Part shown: positions 1 through 12,000 of the stretch, one piece after another | Layout: each line of letters opens with the position of its first letter | Position numbering within the stretch: position 1 is the stretch's first letter | DNA from: Octopus bimaculoides | Lineage: Eukaryota | Direction: 5' to 3' | NCBI RefSeq assembly: GCF_001194135.2 | Contig: NC_068982.1 | Location: forward strand, 157,908,445 to 157,972,444 | Length of the DNA: 64,000 nt | The notes under the pieces: model-generated | What the model saw: the letters and a program-made list of their open reading frames with translations, nothing else | Told to the model about the DNA's origin: nothing | The model's database searches: none | Made by a program: the position numbers and the translations under genes

Positions 1-64
<64 letters not shown>

Positions 65-639
65 TGTAGTACTCACCACAACGTAAGTGGGTGAATAGTT
101 TCTTTTAACAGTTGAATTCAGTCAATACGATACGAAAGTTTACAAGCAAAAAATTTGCAATTATTGAATGGAAGCTTGAATAGTACAGACGATTCAGTTA
201 TATTTGTAAGCGGAGTGAACTTGAGCCTAACGAAAACGTTTGAACTACCGGTTTTATTATGTCTACCGTTCAATAATTGCGAATTATTGGCATGTAACCA
301 TTGCTATCGTACCAACACTTTTCAGCTATCAAAAGACAAAAGACAAGCACGCGCCCGCACATACGCACGAACACATATATAAATACATGAACTGATATAT
401 ATATATATATGTGTGTATGTGTACACGCACATACACAAACATACACACACACATAAATTTATATAGTATAAAGATACGGGCTACTAATAATTTCTTGCTC
501 TGGAGACGCGTGTCTCGATAAGTTTTTTATAACACACTTTGTGTCTCCAAGCAATCATTGGACTCTGAGCTCTTGATCTTTCCAATTTGCAAATCAGGAT
601 GCTGGTACAAGAGAAATCACAAGAAAATAAACACGATAA

Positions 640-930
640 AAAGGTTGATACAAAAACTGGAAAGGGAATCTTTTCTTTCATTGCTCTAAAAGATCACGCA
701 CCTAATTACAGTAATAAGCCCACTTGTAGACTCTTAAACCCAGCTAGGACTAAAATCAGTTTAGCAGCCCCAAAACACTAAGGAATATTAAAATCAGAAT
801 TTAAGAGATTACTATACTACAGAAATGGGATAACAACAGCACTGCAATGAATTGCTTTAGGAATTTAAAATATAAACACAGGGCCAAATTTACAGTTTCA
901 TAAAATAGATTTTTATCCGTCAGTATCGAG
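640..930 (+). mobile_element. Penelope-like element RT fragment (lineage 1), degraded
   Basis: SFIALKDHAPNYSNKPTCRLLNPARTKIS followed by ...FYPS matches the PLE motif ITLKDHKxNFxNKPTCRLINP...DFYPSI. Contains stops and frameshifts. Confidence 0.7.
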
Positions 931-949
931 ATAGCTGCATTATAAGGCT

Positions 950-2006
950 TATAGAGCCTTAAGGGCAGTTTGGACAAGGGTTGAGGGGTATCCTTGATGC
1001 ATGAACAGGCGATAAAGGTACTGGGACTGGGTCTCGAAATGCTGGTCCCGGCTGCACAAGCGTCTGAGGCGGAGGAACTGGGAGTAGCGGATGGCCTGTT
1101 TGGTGGAAGGGATGGGAGGAGGAGAAGTTAAGGTAGATGTGGGAATCTGTGAGTTTGAAGAAAGCGGAGGTGGTGTGGGAAGGTCATTAGTAAGAGAGAT
1201 ATCTAGGATGTTAACCGAGATGTTAGAGATGGTAGAGGTAAATTGGAGAGAAGAGTGAAAGTTAGAGAGGAAAGAGATGAAGTGGCAGACTTGTTTGCAG
1301 GAGAGGGAGGTAGCCTATACAGTCGTCTATGTAGCGACCGTATAGCTCTGGGGTCGGCCCGGAGAATTGGGAGAATACTTGGGCCTCAATGACCAACAAA
1401 TAGGTTGGCGAAATTGGGGTTCATTCTTGTTCCCATAATGACCCCAGTTAATGCTGGTAGGTCTCCCCGGCGAACGTAAAGCAGTTGAGGTTGAGCTCTC
1501 CCAGATAAAGAAGTGTGGAGGTGCTAGGTGTGTGGTCTGGGCGACGGTCGAGGAAGTATTGGAGGGCTAAGAGACCGTCGTTGTGGGGAATCACTGTGTA
1601 CAGGGATTTGACGTCCAAGGTGAAGAGGTGTGAGGGGCCGGAAGAGAAGGAAAAGGAATTGAGAAGGCGAAGGGCGTGATTGATGTTATGTATATGGGAT
1701 AGAACGACAGCAACTAAAGGGGATAGGATGCAGTCGTGGTATTTTGAAATGAGTTCTGTGGGGCAGTTGCAGGCGGAAACAATGGAGCAGCCAGGGCTGT
1801 CGGGTTTATGTATTTTGGGAGGAAAATAGATGGTGGAGGTACGGGGTGTTCAAACGATAAGGTTGGTGGTGGTGGGGGGAGGGAAGAAGAGGATACGAAG
1901 TCATGGATGGTGGAGGACACGCGCTGTTGGTAGGAGGAGGTGGGGTCGGAGGAGAGGAGGCAATAGAAAAGAGGATTTCGAAACTGGCTGAGCGCTTCCT
2001 CCCTGT
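950..2006 (-). mobile_element. Penelope-like retroelement RT (lineage 2), frameshifted, truncated by a gap
   Basis: The reverse strand gives EALSQF...DPT..., IYFLPKIHKPDSPG, FTLDVKSLYTVIPHNDGL, ELYGRYIDD (YIDD at 1322-1333) and YSQFLRLRRLCSRDQHFETQ. All are PLE RT motifs. Confidence 0.9.
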
Positions 2007-2708
2007 NNNNNNNNNNNNNNNNNNNNNNNNNNNNNNNNNNNNNNNNNNNNNNNNNNNNNNNNNNNNNNNNNNNNNNNNNNNNNNNNNNNNNNNNNNNNNN
2101 NNNNNNNNNNNNNNNNNNNNNNNNNNNNNNNNNNNNNNNNNNNNNNNNNNNNNNNNNNNNNNNNNNNNNNNNNNNNNNNNNNNNNNNNNNNNNNNNNNNN
2201 NNNNNNNNNNNNNNNNNNNNNNNNNNNNNNNNNNNNNNNNNNNNNNNNNNNNNNNNNNNNNNNNNNNNNNNNNNNNNNNNNNNNNNNNNNNNNNNNNNNN
2301 NNNNNNNNNNNNNNNNNNNNNNNNNNNNNNNNNNNNNNNNNNNNNNNNNNNNNNNNNNNNNNNNNNNNNNNNNNNNNNNNNNNNNNNNNNNNNNNNNNNN
2401 NNNNNNNNNNNNNNNNNNNNNNNNNNNNNNNNNNNNNNNNNNNNNNNNNNNNNNNNNNNNNNNNNNNNNNNNNNNNNNNNNNNNNNNNNNNNNNNNNNNN
2501 NNNNNNNNNNNNNNNNNNNNNNNNNNNNNNNNNNNNNNNNNNNNNNNNNNNNNNNNNNNNNNNNNNNNNNNNNNNNNNNNNNNNNNNNNNNNNNNNNNNN
2601 NNNNNNNNNNNNNNNNNNNNNNNNNNNNNNNNNNNNNNNNNNNNNNNNNNNNNNNNNNNNNNNNNNNNNNNNNNNNNNNNNNNNNNNNNNNNNNNNNNNN
2701 NNNNNNNN

Positions 2709-2748
<40 letters not shown>

Positions 2749-3626
2749 ACATACATACATACTTACATACTTAAACCGGGTGTCTTACAGTGATGAGATG
2801 TGTTATGAACGTAACTTTCTAGGATTGAAACAAGAACGTTTATTATAAATTAATTACAAATGTTACAAATACAATTTGTCCTATCATTCTGAGACACTGT
2901 ATATACATATGGGCGTGAGATAGTTGCAAGTATGCGTGTATATTTGTGCGTGTAAGCGTGTATGTGTCGCTTAAATTTGTTTACCCTTTAAAATAGAGAT
3001 TTAGTTTATCCAATCAAAAGGTCAGAAGGACGCATGTGATTTTGTGACGCGACTATACTACCGAAGCCATATTTATGCACACCCCGATTAAAGGATTGAC
3101 TCATGACTAATTGTTAAGCATAAGCATCGGAAATCTTAGAGTCGATCGTAATTTACGAGATAAATATCGTTAGATAAAGAATCCAGTAAAACTACCTGAA
3201 GCCATCTTTCTTGATGAATATATACGAATAAATTCTGAAATAAATTTCCTGAGGTAAAATACATATGTAGATTGAAAAGTTTCATATGAAGGATTCCTTT
3301 GAATACGGAAAAATTAATGATTTTTCGAGTAGAATATTTATATATATATAAATATATATATATTTATATATAAATATATATATATTTANNNNNNNNNNGT
3401 GTGTGTGTGTGTGTGTGTGTGTCTGTTATATAGCTCAAATTTACAGGAATCAAAATACGAAGACAGGCGAGGAAGCAACAAGGAGATATATTATAGTTTG
3501 ACGATTAAGAAGAATGAACGTTTCGAGTCTATTGTCTTCGACAGAGCGGGTTGAGAGGGAAAAAAGGGAGAGAGAACGAATAAATAAATAAGCACAAGAA
3601 ACCGGAGAAAGAAAAATGTGTGTGGG

Positions 3627-3980
3627 GATTCCGTCGAATTTCTCGACATTTCTGTCAGTATACACCACTCCACTACAAACACACCGAATCACACTCCTAC
3701 CTTAACTTCTCCTTCTCCCACCCTACCCACAACAAGCTCTCCATCCTCTACTCCTAAACTCCCCCGTCTGCATAGGATCTGCAGTGACAACCATGACTTT
3801 GAGACTCAGTCTCAACTCGTCTCGCCACTTCATCCTTCGTGGACATCCCCTCACCACTATCCACACTGCCATTGCCAGAGCACGTTCCGTGGACCATGCA
3901 TCCGCTCTTTCTCCCCACACTCGCCTCGCCCTTGCCTGTCTCCTGTTTCCTCTCACCTACCACCCCTCCACCCTGCCCCT
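3627..3980 (+). mobile_element. Penelope-like RT C-terminal fragment related to 950-2006, opposite orientation
   Basis: SVEFLDISVS...SHSYLNFSFSHPTHNK...RLHRICSDNHDFETQSQL...HFILRGHPLTTIHTAIARAR is homologous to the 960-1140 segment but clearly diverged. Confidence 0.82.
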
Positions 3981-5129
3981 TCAATGTAGTAAGGTTTATT
4001 TTTGTATTATTAATATTTATTAAAAGATATATGTATTATCGTATTTAGATATGATTTTGACTTACTGTTTTACACTATTTAAGACAAAATAAACAGCCCC
4101 TTAAGTTGCAGATCTTTATTTGTATCGTTGTATTTTTCTATCTTTCTATCCTCTTTCCGTATTTTTATAGCTCCCTTCTTCTTTCCTATTTTCTTATACT
4201 TTTCTTATCATTTCTATATTAAGTCCACATTTGTTATTGTCTTTCTATCGTTCATAGGTATATATTATAGGTATGTAAGTTACACTTTCGATAGTTATGA
4301 GTATAATGATGTTTTCTCATGGAAATTAATGGAATTCTAATGTATCGTAAATGTATCTAAATGTTTTATTTTATCCAACATTATGGTAATATTAAATGAT
4401 CATTGAACACACTCTTTTCATCCGTTATAGACACACTGATCATCGGTAAAATATATCGATTCTGATGGGAATTATTGGACTAGCGATTTCATCACGATTT
4501 ATTTTTATAATCATAGAATAATTGCTTTTCAATACTTGTTATAACTACTACAAGAAAACAACTCCTAAATGAAAATAAATATGTAATATTTGTGTGTGTA
4601 TGCGTGTGTATGTGTTTTTCTGCGTGCGTCTGTGTGTGTATGTCTGTATGTTTGTATGAAATTGCTTGTAAGTGTATACATGAATACACATATATGTGTT
4701 CATGTGAGTGTGGAAGATGGATAAACACACACACACATACATACATACATATATATACATTATATATATATATATATATATATAGTACACAAGCATATAT
4801 AGATACAAACACATTCAAAAAAGCATAAATGTTTTCTACTCTTAACTACTGTAGATAAGATGGGACACATTTTGTGTTGATAAGAGCTAGAGACAGAACC
4901 ATGTATCCACGGTTGTCGTATTAACTCCAGAAAGTAAGCCTGTCGTTTTCCATTATAGCAAGTCAACTCTGCTAACAAGAACACATGAACACTACTGTAC
5001 AAAACATTTAAGCTGATAGTTTTTTGTCAAGGATATGGAAGGTACTTGTCCACACAGTTGTTTGAATTTCTGTGAATAATGGGTCGCCTGGGATGTTATC
5101 CTCATGTTTCTGACATCCGCTTTTTATTC

Positions 5130-5420
5130 TATAAAGGTATCTACAATAACTGGGATACCACATTTTTGTATTTTAATTTCTAAATCCTTATATTTAATGA
5201 GCTTGTGAATTTCCTTGGCAGATATATTCTTATCACTGGAAACTCATATCTACCACTTTACAAGTGTCTTCTTTCTGTCTTTAAGGAATATATTCTGGTC
5301 GAGTAGCTTGGATTGTCGATCAGCCTGTCTGTTGACAGGAATACTCTGGATCATGGTGACATTTTCGTCTTCACTTAGTTGCTCGGATTGGTGTTCATAT
5401 CATTTAGCAGGAGTGTCGAT
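5130..5420 (-). mobile_element. R4/Dong-type LINE restriction-like endonuclease remnant
   Basis: Reverse translation YEHQSEQLSEDENVT...IFLKDRKKT...SDKNISAKE...KYKDLEIKIQKMW...PVIV matches the RLE C-terminus seen more intact at 49630-49920. Confidence 0.65.
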
Positions 5421-5487
5421 TTGGTAATGCTTGCATATTTCTCAATAAAAAAAAACATCCCCCTACCTTCTCGCGTCGATTTGTATA

Positions 5488-5770
5488 TGTTGCTGCTTCG
5501 TGTAGAAATCTAGGCAAGCGGGATCGCAATCACCACTATGATAACAAAGACGAACAATGGTTAACATTTTTGGAGTCATTTATTTTCTACTCGTACGTAA
5601 CATCGTGCAGGCGTACCGCGTGTATATGCAAATGTATAAGTGTGCACATGCACGATGTTACGTACGAGTAGAAAATAAATGGTTCCAAAAAATTAAAACC
5701 ATTGTCCGGCTTTGTTATCACAGTGGTGATTATGAACCCGCTTGCCTAGATTTCTACACAAGCAGCAACA
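5488..5770. repeat. Foldback/MITE-like element: 122-bp inverted arms (5488-5609 and 5649-5770) around a 39-bp spacer
   Basis: Direct alignment of the left arm with the reverse complement of the right arm shows roughly 12-13 differences in 122 nt. The innermost 33 bp are identical. Confidence 0.93.
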
Positions 5771-6589
5771 GTAGAAAAAACTTTGTCGGCTTATCATTCT
5801 AGAAGGAACAGAAAATTGGTCACACTGGCAGAAAGCCACGTTCGCAGTAATATGAAGTAACCAAAAAAGAACATTCATGGATGACAGCTGGTTTTCTGAG
5901 ATATAGATGGACACAAAAGGGACGCCACCCACTCCTTTTTCTGAAAACAAAACAACCTCGATCCCAGATACAAACCGGAAGTGACTCACTTCCGACAAGT
6001 TGTGAAAACTAATACTAAATAGTAATACAATAGACTTATCGTTGGAGATAACAGTATATTTGTTTGGTATTAGCACAGAATTTGTGGCAGAATTTGTACT
6101 TTGGTCTTCCATAATTTTTAAGAATATCTGCCTGGTAATTTCTGATAAACAAAGTTTGTTCTTGTGTAGCCTGTATAAAACAATACGCCAGTATGATACA
6201 GAATACTGCAGTCTCTACTTTCAATCCTGAACTCCTCAGCAAAAGAAGAGCTGTGTATATCGCTATTATATATTAGATAATCAAAACAACATACTACACG
6301 AGAGCAAGGGGCTTACAATATCCCATATTAACAAGTTGAACATACTAGTCTCAATTTTTGACCTAGCAATGAAAGCAAGTTTTGTTGCATAAAAATAAGC
6401 TTCATTGTCAATCCATACAATATGGAGAGACTAACATTAACAAAATCGTTATCTAAAGACCCTGGTCTGAAAAATAGTCGACACCAAGCAATGAAGGACA
6501 TTTATGATAACATGCTACAGATGATTATTTGGGTGGTCCTTCCAATGAAAGATTCAGAACAGGTGGAGAAGAGAGCGGAGCAAAAAGTT

Positions 6590-6760
6590 GATGACGATAG
6601 TCAGACGATAAAATTGTAATACTTTGGTTACATTTTCGAGGTTCAGATCTTTTGTTTGTGTCCGCATCATCGGGGACAGAATAGTTGACAAATAAGCTCA
6701 TGTGCAACAAATACCAAGATGAACCGAAGAAGACAGAATTCTGTTGAAGTGTATGACAAC
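6590..6760 (+). mobile_element. RTE-like LINE 3' remnant
   Basis: KL*YFGYIF resembles the RTE KLxYFGHI motif. Heavily decayed. Confidence 0.4.
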
Positions 6761-7100
6761 AATACAAGATTGCAGTGTGTGGTGACGAGTGATAATTATG
6801 TCTGAGGTTTTCGGCACTCAGTAATGAGGATGAGGATATTCATACATTCATGCCTATTTAAATGAGTTGATAGTCAGACGTACATAATTTCGCTCCATAG
6901 CATCAGATCAGACTTGGCTCGATATATATCAATGTCTTATGAAACCACTTTCCATTGATGGACAATAAATCTTGTTTCAATTATGCAGAAATAAAGATTT
7001 TCATCTGTTCGGTTTGTATGATTCCTTATTCTCATCTTTGATACACAAAACGAGAAATATTTAGAATAATTCTATCTAATATTTATCTTTATCTTCTATT

Positions 7101-7292
7101 CTTTACTTGTTTCAATCATTTCACTGCGGCCATGTTGAGGCACCGCCTCGAAGCGTTTTCGTCGAAGAAATCAACCTCATTACTTGTAGTTAAACTTTCA
7201 CAGTGTTTTGCCGAACCGCTAGATTAAGAGGACGTAAGCACACTCATACTGGTTTTCGAATAGTGGTGAGAGACAAACACAGACAGAAAAGA

Positions 7293-7349
<57 letters not shown>

Positions 7350-7521
7350 TTATATATATACGACGAGCTTTTTCCGTTTACCAAATCCACTGACAATGCT
7401 TTGTTCGGCCCGATGCTAGAGTAGAAAGAAGACACTTGCCCGAGATGCCCCGCAATGGGATTGAACAACTGAGCATGTGGTTCAGATGCAAACTTCTTAC
7501 CACACAGCCACGCCTACGCCT
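7101..7521 (-). mobile_element. tRNA-derived SINE family A (head at 7521), interrupted by (TA)n
   Basis: The reverse strand starts aggcgtaggcgtggctgtgtggtaagaagtttg (A-box-like). Body and tail segments recur at about 9630-9740, 43200-43370, 43930-44090, 55190-55410, 56270-56410 and 60240-60700. Confidence 0.8.
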
Positions 7522-8065
7522 ATATTATTTATTAAAGATTTATATTAAGGTATCTATGTGACCCGAGGAAGTGCTTATGTATTTGGCCTATGGAATCTTT
7601 TGCTATATTAGAAGGGGTATTTAAACCAGGGGTACAAAATGAAGCAGATAATATTCCTTCTATTTATATTAGTGTGTGTATTATAGAATGATGCATGTAT
7701 TATATTATACGTTTGAAAGTTTTACCATTATAAAAAGAATGTTGCGAAAACTATCTAATAATAATATTCAGAAGTTTTATTCTTAAGACTATGAGAGGGT
7801 GAATGCTTAGTTTATTGAAGTAGAGCAGCTCCCCCTTGGGTTTTCTGTAAGTAATACATTTACTTGTGTTTAAGTGTAAAGTGATGTCCAAGAAATTAGC
7901 ATGTTTTATAAAGATGTAGCTGGCAATATTCAGACTAAATTCTCTAAAGAAAACTATTAAGTAAATTCTGAAATCATATAAGTTGAACCATATGCGTAGG
8001 GGTGCGTTTATAATACATATGCACTCTTATCTATCTATCTATCTATCTATCTATACATGCATACA

Positions 8066-8100
<35 letters not shown>

Positions 8101-8152
8101 GTATATTTATGNNNNNNNNNNTATATTTATGTATATACACACACACACGTAC

Positions 8153-8207
<55 letters not shown>

Positions 8208-8473
8208 TGTGTGTGTGTGTGTGAGAATATTTATGCATGCACTTATGTGATTTGCATATGTATATTTAAGCAAATAAGCATTATATAGAAAAGAAATATA
8301 TGATGCGTGTATCCGAACAAGAGTGTTCATCTCATATTCCTATATGACACTAATACAATGCCCCCGGTTCGTATGAATTTATGAATAAATGTATACACAT
8401 ACATATATATACATACACACACACATATATATAATATATATATATATATATANNNNNNNNNNNNNNNNNTATA

Positions 8474-8606
8474 TATAAAGAGAGAAAAGGATAAAGAGAA
8501 CAATGGCAAAGTTAGAAATATATTTTATGGATAGAATATATTTCTTTATCCATAAAATATATTTCTAACTTTGCCATTGTTCTCTTTATCCTTTTCTCTC
8601 TTTATA
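8474..8606. repeat. Perfect 60-bp inverted repeat with 13-nt loop
   Basis: 8474-8533 is the exact reverse complement of 8547-8606. It abuts an N gap. Confidence 0.95.
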
Positions 8607-8876
8607 CATACACACGCTAATACACGACCTATGTTATAATCCTCACTCATGTTTATACAACGAAAGGGGCAAAGCTAGCCGGTATACAGCACTTACTCGG
8701 TATTACCTGTATCTTTGGGTTTGGTTGAATCCAATACCCTTCATAACCTTATAGTTTTAGCAGCACTGTGGCCTTCACCTCAGGCCCATCCTCCGTATAT
8801 GTATATGTATATATACATATATTTATTTTCGTATGCATCTATGTATATGTATGTATGCATAAATATATGCATGTAT

Positions 8877-8930
<54 letters not shown>

Positions 8931-10261
8931 NNNNNNNNNNNNNNNNNNNNNNNNNNNNNNNNNNNNNNNNNNNNNNNNNNNNNNNNNNNNNNNNNNNNNN
9001 NNNNNNNNNNNNNNNNNNNNNNNNNNNNNNNNNNNNNNNNNNNNNNNNNNNNNNNNNNNNNNNNNNNNNNNNNNNNNNNNNNNNNNNNNNNNNNNNNNNN
9101 NNNNNNNNNNNNNNNNNNNNNNNNNNNNNNNNNNNNNNNNNNNNNNNNNNNNNNNNNNNNNNNNNNNNNNNNNNNNNNNNNNNNNNNNNNNNNNNNNNNN
9201 NNNNNNNNNNNNNNNNNNNNNNNNNNNNNNNNNNNNNNNNNNNNNNNNNNNNNNNNNNNNNNNNNNNNNNNNNNNNNNNNNNNNNNNNNNNNNNNNNNNN
9301 NNNNNNNNNNNNNNNNNNNNNNNNNNNNNNNNNNNNNNNNNNNNNNNNNNNNNNNNNNNNNNNNNNNNNNNNNNNNNNNNNNNNNNNNNNNNNNNNNNNN
9401 NNNNNNNNNNNNNNNNNNNNNNNNNNNNNNNNNNNNNNNNNNNNNNNNNNNNNNNNNNNNNNNNNNNNNNNNNNNNNNNNNNNNNNNNNNNNNNNNNNNN
9501 NNNNNNNNNNNNNNNNNNNNNNNNNNNNNNNNNNNNNNNNNNNNNNNNNNNNNNNNNNNNNNNNNNNNNNNNNNNNNNNNNTATATATATATATGTAACA
9601 TACATACATATGTATACGACAGTCTTTCTTTCATATCCAGTCACAGAGCTTTGGTTGACACGAGGTTTTGTCTGAGACGCAGTGGGACTGAACTCGAAAC
9701 CATGCGGTTGGGAAGCACACTTCTTAGCACGCAGCCTTATCTGTGTGTATATATATATATCCACGCTCATACGCATTTAAGTATGTATGTATATATCATA
9801 TACATGTGTGTATGCGTATGTATGTGCGTGTTTCTTGTTTGTTTGTTTGTTTGTGACTGTGTGTATAAAGATATCCCTTATTTAATGCTTTAAGAAGAGA
9901 AGCATGCCTGAACGTAACAAGGTAATCAAGAGTGATATAGAGAAAGGGTTGAAGAAAGTACAGATCATGTATTTCTGTAAGTAGAGATCATATCTTTTGG
10001 TCTGACATCTGACATAAAAGCATACAACTTAACGTAATCCATTAAAAGCAATTGAATACCAAGCGATAGTCATAAACTTTGTAACTGTTTAGGTATCCTA
10101 TTCAACCCACTCTGCAAGCATTCTCACTCATAAAGCTTGTCTAAGAAGCCTTGAAGTGGTTTCAAACTCCGAATCGCATAACTGAAAGGCCAATTAGTTA
10201 GCATGACTATACAAACTTTCAAAATGTGTCCGACTATATTTTTCCCCGCCAAAACTATAGT

Positions 10262-10762
10262 CACGAGGGCAATAGTCTTTGGATGGAAGGTGGCACCACT
10301 CTTTCTACGCATGTCTGAAAATTCTTGCGCCCGTAGGTTGCATCAGTTCCCGGCTGTTACGCCTTGAGTACAGACGTGTAGTGCGCGCGTTGGATTTTTC
10401 GTTTTTACCGAACGCATCAAGTATAAATATTGCCTCACGTTTTGCCCAAATTTTGGTAATATTCAAGTACAAACAAGCTAGAAGATTCAGCGGGCCTTCG
10501 TGATGATGTCATGGACAATACACAGATCAACTTCTTCAAACATGGATGCAATGCACCTCAGTGGAGCGCGTGGTACGCTCAGGCAGGCTATCTAGAAGCC
10601 GAAACAAGCATCCGATTGAGAAGGTTCGGCGAATAGTCATGGAAGATCATCGTATAGCAAACCAGGAAATTGCTAAGGAAGTGGGAGTATGCACAGGATC
10701 AGTGCATTCCAATTTTTCACTGGATTTGTTCATACGGCGAGTGTCGGCGAAATTCGTTCCCA
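10262..10762 (+). mobile_element. mariner transposon 5' fragment
   Basis: TIR-like cacgaggg start, then transposase HTH region ...RSGRLSRSRNK...IEKVRRIVMEDHRI...EIAKEVGV...GSVHS...RRVSAKFVP (equivalent to the WVPH motif). Confidence 0.85.
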
Positions 10763-10859
10763 TACATGATTTTTTTCAAATTTCAGAAACAATGTTTTGC
10801 TTTTATGTTTATTTGATATCACCACCTCGGAGTTTCTATTTATCACATTTTCCCTGGAT

Positions 10860-11010
10860 GTAATGATTTCCAGAGTTTCTTCTAGGCATAAGTTGCATAC
10901 CAGTGATGTTCTATTGTATGGTGCAGCATTTTTATAATGGACCAGTTGGTCGTATGCTCCACTCCATTCTGTTTGAGTTCCCAGACGATATTCGATAGTG
11001 ATGCGTAGTG
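10860..11010 (-). mobile_element. Penelope-like C-terminal remnant
   Basis: SLSNIVWELKQNG...NWSIIK resembles the PLE motif LSxxIWELK...WxI. Decayed. Confidence 0.5.
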
Positions 11011-11766
11011 CCTTTTATTTGTATTGGGAAATTATGTAAGATGTTTATATAGACGATATTTCATGGTGTCTCCGGTCTCCGGTGCCACCAAAGTATTTCT
11101 GCGTGCCTACCTTCATATTTGTAAACAAAATTCTTTATGACACAGTTGTTGTTAAATCTGAATTCTTCTTTACCTCTACAGTTACATTAGATATTATTTG
11201 TTTCCTTTCTACCAGCGTAGTTACTAATAGTGGTCCTCTTTCTTCTTTCTCCTGTAATCGTACTACATTCAGGGAAAACGTGGTAAATAGATATTCCAAG
11301 GTGCTCATAGCGTATAAACATAAAAACAAAACATCGTTTCGGGAATTTGATAGAATTGAAACGGAATCACATCAACCACCAATTGTATATTCTAGAACAA
11401 GGAAGGAACGCAAACAAATAAACAAACCAACTAATATTTAGGATGCTATACACTATACCAATAAAAATAATTCAAAGGTCATCCTAGGAAAGTATCATTT
11501 ATCAATTCAGACAATAAACCTCAACAGCTGATGGGTGTAACAGCTGACCTGTTTACTTCAGAATTCATTGAAGATAGTCATGCCTTAAATGAGATCGCTT
11601 TCCATCACCTTCCTATCCTCTCCACCAAATACGCACAAATACATGCATAACTCAATCAACCTTCGGACTGGTCAAAAGGAATAAACATCCCTCTGTTAAA
11701 CATCCATTAATGTTATATCGCCTGAAGAAACGAATCCGTGAAAATGATCAACCCGATGCCCATGTA

Positions 11767-12000
11767 TTATTTCTTTACTACCCACAAGGGGCTACACACA
11801 GAGGGGACAAACAAGGACAGACAAACGGATTAAGTCGATTATAGCGACCCCAGTGCGTAACTGGTACTTATTTAATCGACCCCGAAAGGATGAAAGGCAA
11901 AGTCGACCTCGGCGGAATTTGAACTCAGAACGTAGCGGCAGACGAAATACCGCTAAGCATTTTGCCCAGCGTGCTAACGTTTCTGCCAGCTCGCCGCCTT
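11767..12000 (-). mobile_element. SINE family B, young near-intact copy
   Basis: Reverse strand aaggcggcgagctggcagaaacgttagcacgc...ctgagttcaaattccgccgaggtcgac...; near-identical sequence occurs at 37815-38050. Confidence 0.85.

Noticed and set aside
3196-3234. 39-nt minus-strand AG/GT-bounded segment, phase 1/1 (EFIRIYSSRKMAS), as the next NTR exon
   Set aside because: The phase fits but the peptide does not resemble the NTR continuation. Such short segments arise by chance.
11135-11329. Minus ORF ...QEKEERGPLLVTTLVERKQIISNVTVE as a host exon
   Set aside because: No NTR or ADAMTS motif and no phase-compatible acceptor.
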